The notes below the pieces were generated by a model that was given only the letters and a program-made list of their open reading frames with translations, was not told where the DNA came from and searched no databases. From NCBI GenBank assembly GCA_977030845.1, contig OZ365109.1, positions 44,144,001 through 44,208,000 on the forward strand: a DNA stretch of 64,000 nt. Reading direction: 5' to 3'. The translations under genes were made by a program, and so were the position numbers. Source of the stretch: Fimbriosthenelais zetlandica. Lineage: Eukaryota. Positions 23,911 through 35,900 of this stretch are shown here, one piece after another; position 1 is the first letter of the stretch; each line of letters starts with the position of its first letter.

Positions 23911-26900
23911 GTAAAGAAATCATCTTCTAAATATTCACTTCAAATTATTATAAAGAGTAAATTGGCTTGACAGTGGCTTTGATTATTGTTCTAATCTATT
24001 TACATTGATCGGTTTTTTGAAAATATTATACACACTACATGTACATAATAAAAAGGTTTCTTGTCCCAAAGACCCAAGATGGGGCCGACTTTTGTACGAC
24101 TTCACTCAGGATACAACTTTACATGGGATTCGTTACATTACACAGAAGAAGGCTCACTGGCTCCGAAGGTATAGATCTAATGACACTTAACATTACTTAA
24201 TTAGTGAATTTGGGGTCTAACTTTTTGGCCCAAGGTCTTCAGGACTGTAGCAAGGCAGCACCCCGCCAGTCATCACCCCCCACCCCCCCCCCCCCGCCCG
24301 CCCCCCACCCCCCCCCCCCCCCAAAAAAAAAAGGCTGTCTGCATTATAATGCCTGCCAGTGTTCAGGACAGTGATCAAATAATTTGCCATTTTATGTTGC
24401 ATAGCTTGAAACCAATTTAAGGGGGTGTTGGCCACGCCAGCATTATAAGTCTCCCAAAAAGAGTGTTCTGATATGTTGTAACTGTCAAGTGCTTTCTTAT
24501 AGTCTACTAATCTAAGTATTCTAATTTGACCCATTTCATAAAATGTACTATTATAACAAAACTTCAGGGATGGGGGTGAACGACATAAAATACTGCCCGA
24601 ACTGGCGTAGCCAGTGAGGGCTTAGTATTTTCAGTGAGGGCTTAGTATTTTCATCGAGTTCACCCCCATCCCTGAAGTTTTGTTTTTATTCCATGGTCCC
24701 TACGGTCTTAAATTATATTTTTGTGTTTTAAAAAAGAAATAACCGAAATAGGACGTCATAGTAACAGTTGCAAAAGCTGGCAGACAATATGAAAAATATG
24801 CCTCATTCTGAGAGCGGGCAATATTGTGTTGAGAGCGGGCAATAAGTAGCACTTATTGCCCGCTCTCAAACTAACCATGGAATAAAATCATTATAAATTA
24901 TGCAAATGGCCCATATGGTTAGACAGGTTGCATTAGTCTGCATAATTAGTATTATAGTGCCTAGATGACCAGAGGGAATAATAGTAATTGATTGAATCAT
25001 TTTGTCAATGGAGCAAACAAAGCAAGCAATAGTATAACAAAACTTCAGGGATGGGGTCAACGAGATGAAAATACTGCCCGAAACGGCGCAGCCGTTGAGG
25101 GCATGTGTTTTCATCGAGTTGTCCCCATCCCTGAAGTTTTGTTTTTATTCCATGGTCCCTACGGTCTTAAATGATATTTTTTGTGTTTTAAAAAAGAAAT
25201 TACCGAAATAGATCTACCTTAGAGCTGCACGACATTGGGTTGACTTGCTTTAGCTTGCTTGACGACCGTGCGGCACCGCCATTTTGATTGAACTTGACAT
25301 TGATTTATTAGGTCATCCAATTTTTTCTTACTTTAATTTTTAATACTCAATTGGGGAATGGAACATATTCTTTCATTTATTTGTATTTATTTATGTCAGT
25401 TATTAAAATTAATGCATAGTTAGAGGCATACTTCGGGGCCTATCGCTAATGCCGCGCTCCTGCTCTGCCAGATGACGTCCCATTATGACGTCATAGTGAC
25501 GTCGCAAAAGGGGCCGCTCTCTGGCAACCAGTACGAGAACTACGCCTCGATCTGAGAGCGGGCAATATAGTCTTGAGAGCCTGCAATACGTGCTACTTAT
25601 TGCAGGCTCTCAAACTAACCATGGAATAAATATTAACATTTTATGGACTTGAACACGTTATAAGGTCCTGTTACTCCAGAATTTTATGAGATCAATGGCC
25701 TGGTGTAATTATACGACAATATACAAAGGTGTGGGATCAATGGAGTGGTTTCTTTGACGAGATGGACAACTCATTGTAACTTTTATTGATTCTTAAATTT
25801 GATTGGGGTTAATATGGGTATTAGCCTGGTAACATTCGTCATGACCTTTTACCACTCCAAATCTTAAAGTCCATAAATTGTGTTTTTTATTCCATCCAGG
25901 GTGATATGGATAATACTAATTTTGTGTACATTTATTGGATTCTTGACAATGATAATTGTCAGCCTTCTCAAGTATTATGCTTATCGCACAACCACAAGTG
26001 TTGCCATAACCTATGAAGATCAACTTCCCTTCCCTGCCGTTACTGTCTGCAACAACAATATGTTCAGGCAAGTAAAATGATTCTTAACATTATGAACATT
26101 TAAGGGCAATATACCAACTAAGTTCAGAATATCAGAGGATAATGTTCCTGCAGAATGTCTCATTATTTTCACAATCGTCATTTTAGTGGTCTTTGCAGTA
26201 ACTCTTTCTCTTTTATAGTAGCTCTCTAGTTCTCTCAACACAGACCATTTTACAGACATGTTGTACAAGAAAATCGTGGCGAGGGTGGGTCGACAAGGGT
26301 ACCCTCATCGAGTGATTGTATTGTACAGGTTATGTTTTTGACAACACAGTGCTTGGATAAAGCAATAATGAGCAACTGTCCAAACATTTTTTCAAGATAA
26401 CAGCGTTGGAACAATGCAATCGCTCAGTGAGGACATACCCTCACCGTACCTCGTCCTCGGCATGATAATATATTATACTTGTACAAAGCATGATATAGAA
26501 TTGCTCACACATATTAAATTGATTATTCAGGTTGACGAAAGCGTTTGAATATGGACTCTACGATACATTACAGAACAATTTCGAGGAGACTGAATTTGAT
26601 GGTAATTTATAGGGCCTATTATAGGACTATATGCCTTTGGTTAATAATTTTAAGAATATATTTTTCCACTTTAGTTCGATGATACAAGGTGTGCTGCTTT
26701 TTGCTCCCTCATGGGATACATGTACACAACTAAACCAAATGTTCCTACCCTCAATTGCAGAAATAAACGAATGCTCACGAAAATATTATTTTCAAACTGA
26801 ATTCTGTTTCGATGGGTTAAAGAAGCAGAAGAACGTGATCGAAAAATGTAAGGGCAACGTTAAGAGTCATTTGACTTACGTTAATGTTACTCTGCGAGGA

Positions 26901-29900
26901 TGTCAAATCCTGTGTTCTGATGTTCATGGTGATACATGTAGTAGCATTATATATGTCTGGAAGACAAAGTCCTGCGTGCTTTTAGCAGGAAACTGCATTT
27001 TCAAGGAGAAGGAGAACAAATCAAACAATGAGACCAATGATGGTTCTAAGGAAGGTCCACGAGTCAGTCAGTATGACAGCAAAGGCTATCCCCTTCATCC
27101 CTGTGGGGATGAAATGCCTGATATGGAAATCTATAAGAAACTTATCTGCCATAAAGGTAATATTGCTATGACTTCATTGACTTTATTGCTTTATTGTTTT
27201 CATAATTGCAATAGTGGTGGATTTATATATTTTTTTTAAATGTAAATGACACAATGTAAAATCTTAATTTTGATGTTGAGTCCGCCCTTTTGATATCTGC
27301 AGGATTTCCTTTGGTAAAATGTGATTGGGAGACACCTCATTGTGAATTTGAAATTTTGGCAACTGTGAGGGAAAAGGAATCATTTCAAGTTGTTGAAGCA
27401 ATTCAAAACCATCCTGATACTGATCATACCCTTGAAACAAGTAAGTAAAAGGGATTAATAAAAAAAAGCAAATTAACCTACAAATTTAGATTAATTTTAA
27501 GTGACTCTTGATTAAGTAGTAAAACTTAGTAGTTCTAAGTCTCTTCTCTTTTCAGGATATGGACACTACCTAAGACTGCCCACTACAAAGAATGCTCCAG
27601 AAAATTCCCAAGCACGTCTGACACTACCTTACTCCAGATTTGAATCACACTGCCTGGAATTTTATTTCCAGCCGACAGGTGATGTCCCCGATAGAATTTA
27701 CATTCATCAGATCGATGACAGCTTTGGAGTTCACCTTGTGGCTGCCTACGAAGTAGGTTTTAAAAAGGACCAGTGGAACCGTGCATATATCCATTTGCTT
27801 GATGGCATCTACATGCTCGAGTTGAAGGTTGAAAGATCGAATGTGAAAATGTCAGAAACATCAGGGATAGCAATTGATGACATCATTGTCGACAGATGCT
27901 TGCAATTCAGTAAGTAGAATGCAAATTAAAGCATAATTTGTCATGAAGTGAATATAAAATGTATTTATATGGAACACAACGAGACGTACGTTGATCTGTG
28001 ATTGCAGATGGGTCACATGAGTGGTGAAGACCATCATGAGTGATGCTTGCAGTCCCTTAATCTTCGCTCGCTTCTCACAAACATTGCACTGTTAATGCAA
28101 TTTCCACGTGTGATTTTGGTCAGCAAAACGCAGATCACCGTGTTGGAAGTTGTGATATAAACAATGTATACCGATTGTTTTAGGTGGACGTGAGTGTAAA
28201 CGCACAAGGACAGGCATAGATTACATGGGCTCAAAGATGACAACTGTCAGTGGTAAAACCTGCAAGACTCCATGTCACAATAGGAACAATGACCAGGGTG
28301 GTCCTCATTGTCAAGTGGCAACAGCAGATGCAACATATACATATACAGATTATTGTCACATCCCATTCTGTGGTGAGTAGGCCTAATCAGATTCCCAAGT
28401 AGCAAAGGATCCAAGTTTTTCTGTTGGCATTTTCAATTGGTAAAGTTCCATTTAATACACTACATTGGTGTCCTGATAAAACCTCGTAAGTGACATAATA
28501 CAAGGGACTTACGAGCTTTCATCCGTGTAATAATTTCCCATAGACAGCATTGCTAATGGTTGTTGATACAGGCTCCTGACCACCAACGATATCAGTGTAT
28601 ATCAGCTACATTTTTATATCCAGCATGTCAGAAGGATCAGTTCAAATGCAGTGACGATTTTTGCATTCCGGGCAACCTCACATGTGATGGCAAACCTGAC
28701 TGCGTGGATGGTTCCGATGAAACGTTACCCTGTGGTAATACTTTATTACTATCTCAATAATTATTATTATGAGATTGTCCTCAAAATTAATAATATAGAA
28801 ATTATCCGTATATGCCTTTGAATCTGATGCCTCTATCTCTTAATATACTAATATATAGGCTATATATTTAGGACCCATGCAGGGTATGTACACCTCGAGA
28901 GGTATACCAGGGAACTTGCAGGTTTTGGTTGCCTAAAAAGTAAAAGTATATAGATTCTAGATTCTGAAAAATCGTAAAATAACTATCGCCTTTACAGTAT
29001 TAAAAGCTTCTAGTATGATTACACTACTGTATCTTATATTCTTTAGCGGATAAAATGAGTGTTGACTGTGAGTTCTCGGATGAATATCTCTGTGGTTATC
29101 AATTTCCCGCGGGGTCTTCACCGTGGAGTAGAAAAAGACCAGTTGATTATTTAGACACGGAACAGAGAATTTCTAAGGATCATCTTGGTTCATCATTGGG
29201 TGAGACTATTATTTCTTTATTATTATTTTCTTAAAGTGACACTGTCTGTTTGCAATTGCAGTTTGCATATTTTCAACATTCCATTTAGATCCACCCCTAC
29301 TTGAGGGGTACTTTTCAGTGGAAAGGGCCATGATCTGAAAATACACTGCAAATATGAAGTACGGGGTGGTGGTGGGGGGGGGGGGGGTCATGTAAAATCT
29401 GCAGGACCGCATGGGTTCATTTATTTAGTTCTGTAAATAAGGATTTGGACATGAAATACAGGACTTAATGTTCTGGTATTGATATCCTTCGGAGAATGTA
29501 CTGCATGATATTGTATTTTTCTTATTGTCTTCTAATATCTTTAGATATATTCATTTTCTAGGATATTTCATGGATCCGTATAGCGGACTGCTTCAAGAGG
29601 GCGAAAGATCTATGTTGATTTCTCCCTTGACGACAATTGACAATAATTCGACCTATCTCAAATTCTTTGTATATTTCCGTAACACCACATGGGGTTTAGC
29701 ATTATACGCAGCTCCTGAGAGTAGGCCTATGTCTAGTTACTCATTCGAGCTTGTTCCATATACAATGACTAAAGTAAGAAATGGATGGGTAGAAGAAACT
29801 GTACGGTTACCAAAAGGATCATACAGAATCATCTTTGAAGCAACTGCCGGACCTGCATTCAAAACTGACCTTGCTTTGGATGGGATAAAACTAGTGCATC

Positions 29901-32900
29901 TTCAAGGGTCTGAAGAAGATAGTGATAGGGAAGCATCAAGTGTTACATTTGACACAGGTAAAACCATTTATTATTAATAATAGGCCTAAAGGCTTTCATT
30001 TCTCTGCCCCATGGGTAGTCAGCTTTGTCAAGTGTTTATGGATAATTGATGTTACAGAGAGGCCCGTATACATATTTCATTAATGTTTACATTAATGTTC
30101 CCTGATTACTCTACACTTGGTAATCCGTCCTATATTCCTCCTATATCTATAATTATCCTAGAATGACTAGCGATGGAGGGAGGACATTTATTTTTCCGAT
30201 GTCAGTTTGGGAGGATTCTATTTTTTCTAGATCGGATTTACGAGTCTTGGGGACTCTATAGTATAGGAGTAGAGTGAATTGAGACTAAAATGCAAAGGTT
30301 TGAGGGGCATTCAGATCCATAAAATGTGAGAATGGGAGTTGATAGAGTCCGACAATCTAACCATTCCTCCATGCACTGGGACTGATGAAGGAGGAGGAAC
30401 TTACAATCACCAAATGTAGGAATGGAAGTTAGAAAGGAATTGAAAATTGTGATAAATTAATTAACTTAATTACCAAGAGTCTAGGGTGAGCATGAGAGTC
30501 GTCCTACATGCTCATGACATGAGAGGAGTTTTAGGGTACAATTTGCACCATTTTAGCAACTTACTTATGTGGACCATGGGAAAAGATTTATATTATTCAT
30601 AAAAAATAGAGGATAACAATATCATTTTTTATACAGGAAATTATAATGGAAGCTGTGACTTTAGCAGTAGACATAAATGTGGCTATAAACAATATTCCTG
30701 GTCCACAAAAGCGGAATGGCAGATCTTCCCGCTCGCACTACTCTGGATTTCATTACATGCCGCAGATGACAGTTATGGCGTCAGTGGTAAGACTGCTTTC
30801 TTTTTATCATATCAAATTATAAGTATACTGTATACAGCTAGTGTGACACGTGTATAATATGCACACGTCGGATTCAAGTGATAAGAAGTCTGATGTAAAA
30901 GGAGTTAAATGTTAATTGCTAACACATATTAATGATTGCAAAATATTATGTTTTATGGATTTTGCAGCCGATCGAGAGTACCACACAGAAGCTTCTGGCT
31001 GTTTCACCTCTCCCGGTTATCCAGACAATTATGATCGAGACGAATATAAAACCTATCTGATTGGAGGTGAACCCGGTACAACCATAGAGCTGGAGTTTAC
31101 TGGTATTTACGATGTAGAGGAAACATATGATGCAATCGAAGTAAGTTTTTTTTATAAATATGAATAAATAAAATACTCAGATGTAAGTAAATTATATGAG
31201 CTCGCGAATGTATCACTGAAAATAAGACCCTGATAATTAAGATCTCATGCAGTCCGTTGGATCAGACCAACTCGATCTTCTTTTGCTCTTAGACTACACT
31301 AATTCGTGAAACAAGACTCTATGGAGCTGTTATTTTAAATTCTGAACCAGTTAAACGCAACTTAGTGAAAAGAAGTATTTACTACAAAGCATCAACTGCC
31401 TGGAACAACCTCCCTGCATCAATTAGGAACCTTGAGACAATAGAGCGTTTTAAATACCATCAAAAAACTACCCTCAAACACATAAGGTCCTCTTATGCCC
31501 TTGCCTAATAATAAATTTTCTTGAATAATCAAGTTATAATTTTTTTTTTTCTATCATTGTTTAAAAACTGAGAACCGCATCCCAAGCCATTTCATTGACC
31601 ATTATCACATGTAACCAACTTCATTCATCCAAATGTTTAATCTCTGTTTTTTTTCTCTTTTCGCCATCAATTAATATTAATAATCTCTGTAATTAACGAA
31701 AATCTGTGTATCATCAATTACTATCTCTGTAACTAATGAAGATTGTAAGTTTAATTTTGTTTTTCTTATTTTGAATGTTTTGAATGTTTGTTTACTTAAT
31801 TGTTTACTACCTTGTTTACTTAAATGTTTTCTAACCGCAGTATTTTTTTCAATTTGCAATCTGGACTACACTGAAAAGCGGCTCGATAGGGCCGAGTTGT
31901 ATTCAGAATAAAGAACGTTGAAACTCAATTCTGATCAGCTACTTATTATTCTATTCAAATGTACTTCCTGGCAGTGCATTTTAATTGTTACTTTTGAAAT
32001 CAGTTCATGATCCTGTAATCTTACAAGACCACCTCTGTTCAAACAGATATGGGAGTACATCAATAATACCTTCACGTTCATAGAGAGGTATGATGAGAAT
32101 ATCAAGCCACCGAAATATACCTCAATATCACCTCTTGTATTAGTGGTGTTCGAGACAGATGAGGAGACGCAGTTGCAAGGTTTTCAGGCATGTTACAAGA
32201 TAAATGGACATAATGAATCTGGTGAGTGAGAAGATTATAATATTACCGTATTAGAGAAAATTAGAGAGGGCAATATCTGGCCAAAGAAGTAAACCGATAC
32301 CCAAGGTAGTGAGTGTTTTTGTTAGCTGTTTCATAGTCCCCATGACACTATGTTCCTTCACCAAATTGTATTTAACATCCTAAATAAAAAGAATGTTTTG
32401 TGGGTCTCTGTGCACTTCTAGCCAAAAGATTGTGTGCCTAGCTCAACTTAATGTATAGTATAGCCTCTGCGACTGCGTTTTTTCTGAACTCAGACAATAA
32501 GAAAATGCAAGCAATCGGAGTTGTTCGCAGTCTGTTCCAGGCATTCGACTCATAATTGTTTTTATTGTTTGGTTTACAGATCATCTACTGGTGCTGGTAG
32601 TTGCAGGACCTATACAGTACAATGCCCAAATAATTCTTACATCCCCACGACTTGATGTGAAGACAGAACAATGTGCCATCATTGTTGTGTCCACCTTCAC
32701 TAATTTTTGGTAAGTTGTAATCATTATCAGATTTTAAATGAGATCACATTATCCTATATACACCAACAACGTCCTAAAATAATGTTGTATATAATTACAT
32801 TACTATATTATCGTTCTCAAGCACGATTATAATATTCTCAAGATAAAATAAACTTATCACAATATAAAGAGACTTTAGGTGGGTTCTATGTTGTCAATAA

Positions 32901-35900
32901 TAAATAAACTGTCATACATTATAGGGCATGCACCATATCCTCGGATGACACGTACGATTGTGAAGAAAAAGAATATAAATTGAGAAATGAACCAGATCAT
33001 GTCAGATTGCCTTATGAGTTAAGAAGGGGTGCACAGTTCTTGACACTCACGTTTGATACCAGTACCATATGGGGACAGTCAATTTATGCGGTTATAAATA
33101 AGATTATGATTTACAACCAGTCTTGTGAAGCTCTTGGTAAGTATTTAGTTTGTTTTGACACATCCTTATAGAGGGCAGAATTCATTGCAATTCATTGCAA
33201 CTGCATCCCAAATGTAGTGCAGGGCGCGGGCATCAGTAGTAGAGTGTATAGGGATCCTATTTATTAGATAATGACCAATAAACAATAATTGAGTAGATGT
33301 CTACAAAATATATAGCAATACAAAGCAACATATTGCCTTTCACTCGCATCATGCTATATTTATATTCACCCAATGGGAATTTTTTTCATCTCCTAGATTC
33401 AAAACAAAATTTGACATCTCAAAATTGCTACTTCACCCTGGGGAATGACTGTGGCTTCACGGACATAACCGTCAACGAATACTACAAATGGAGGCTGCAG
33501 CCAAAGATCTATGGAACCCGTAAGTCAGAAAAAGTCCTATTTCGAAATTAATTTTGAATGTTAGATCCCTGAAAATTAGATCCCAACTCTGTAATATATT
33601 CTCTGTACAATCGTTAGAACTCACGGCTAGGAAAATAAAAATTATTTGTTTTCCCTTTGAAGCTAAATATTCGTTGAGAGACTACAGTGACTTCCTCTGC
33701 AACTTTTATGCACAATGGGGAATTGGTAGCAACCACAGCCTGGTTCTTACAACCAATTCACCTTATTCGCCCAGTACTACAAATGGACCGAGCTCATCTT
33801 CTGCTTCTCCTCTTCTTCCCCCTTCCTCTACTCCGTCTTATTCATCAACAACTGGTACCACGTCCACTACAAGCCGCATATTATCAACGACTACACCTTA
33901 CTCTGGCTTTGACAGCGGGGTTGGACCCCCGAAAGGTAATAGTTATTGTGTGATGAATTTCTAGCCTATATGAAAATTGAGTATATTGATATTAATTAGA
34001 ACAATGTTCACTGACATGAGAAAACTAAAATCTAATTATGGTATGTACCAACACTTGTCAGTCTTACAAAATAAACGATTCAGAAACTTCGCAAATTCAT
34101 TTATAATTATGTTTTAACAAGGAATCATAACACTCACTGTTTTACTCTTATTCTTTTCTTATTTAGACGCAGTCTTCATTGCGAAATTTAGTCAATACGA
34201 CATTCAAGAATGTTCCTTGTTTAGTCCGAAGCTCGACATTGAATCTGAATCCTGTGCAACATTCATTTTGTCCCTGTACGGTTGTTCCTTCACCACTACT
34301 AGTCTAGTGTTCCTGAAATCTGAAGGAGAAGATTCCGAGGCAGTGTTCCTTGGACAGACCATATTAAAACCTTCCTTATCAAAACAAACGGTGGAACTGG
34401 AACTAACGGAAGGAGAATACCACATGACCATCACAGCCAAGTCTCACTTTGCAGATTTAGTGTTACATGGAATAGAGATAACAGAAGGAGCCTGCATTCA
34501 AAATGGTGGGTAATCATGTTTCTTATCCTTCTTCAGCATTATTTGTCTAGTTCTGTTTCACCTTTGAAATCCATTTAGTATATTGTGGGTATACATTTTC
34601 GCTGGATGTTATCCATAAACCTCCAGTTAAATTTCATCTTTTACCAAGGTATCTCAATTAAAGTGTACATGTATAACTTTACTGCATCTATAGGTACAGT
34701 TAATGTCACCAAGCAATACACGGAAGTAGATGAAAACGAAGGCACCGGACAACTAGGACGTGAAGTAACCTTACCTCCTCCTCGACCAATAAATCCAAAA
34801 AGAGAAACTGAGACACCACTTCACCATGTCTCAAGTAAGAGTCATAAATAGAGCTATATAAATATAGGCCATGCTAAAAACTTATCTACGCTTAGTCTAA
34901 TAAATATTGTTAATATTCATTTTGAAATGGGCACGATGGACGCGTTGCATAAACCCAGTTGGCTTGCAGACACAAATTCTGCTCGCCAAAAAACGATGTT
35001 GGCGAGAGAAAATGTATGCATTGCAGAAACTCATCCCTCAAGAATTTCTGCTCGCCAAAATTAGGCCAAATCCTATTTGTTGTTAGAAGCCAAAATATTT
35101 ATGCAAGCCTAATCTTTTTGCAACCCGCGCAATAAGATGAAGGTTGTCATTCCTGGGCCGGACTAACCTGGTGTTGTACAATAAAATGGCCGATGGTGAG
35201 GGATCGGCGAGGGTGCCCTGGCGGTGCGATTAAATTGTTGAAATGCTCTTTTTTTCTAAAAAGTGCTTGGATAACTGCTTGTTAATGCATTGTCCAAGCA
35301 CTGTTTTCTTAATAAATAATGCTTCGACAATGCAATTGCTCCGCGATCGAGGGTACCCTCGCCTATTCCTCGCCATCGACGATCTTATTGTACAACAGGG
35401 GGTAAATGTGTCACGGACCATGCAAGGAATCAATGATCTGATCGAATGGATGACAAACTGGATGAATTATTGAATACAAAATTAATAATAAATTTCTTCA
35501 AATCTTTCCAGAATTTACCCCCATGGACAAGTTTTTGAATGCAACAGCCCATCGTTATGAGGATTTTATTCACCAGTAAGTGAAGCTTGGATAACAGCTA
35601 TAAAGCCTCAGTCATATAATAGATATAGTGACAAACTTGCTCTTATTTCATCTATTTCAGCTGCACCTGGAACAAAGACATCTGTAATCATAATGACTTT
35701 ACCGCCGAATTTACTGATATGGGTCTGTGCTATACGTTTAATGGGAGAAATTCAAAGCAACAAATCCTATCCCAAACAACAGGTGAATTATTTCTATCGT
35801 CTATCTTTTGTGGATGTATCCTATCAGGGACAGTATGCATTATTATATTTATGCACAGTATTATATTCATCTAGGTCTTTTTCTCAGGGTTTTATTATTC

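Noticed and set aside
30110-30530. Minus-strand LINE-like fragment (WL..R....L.FY)
   Set aside because: Too degenerate to call with confidence.
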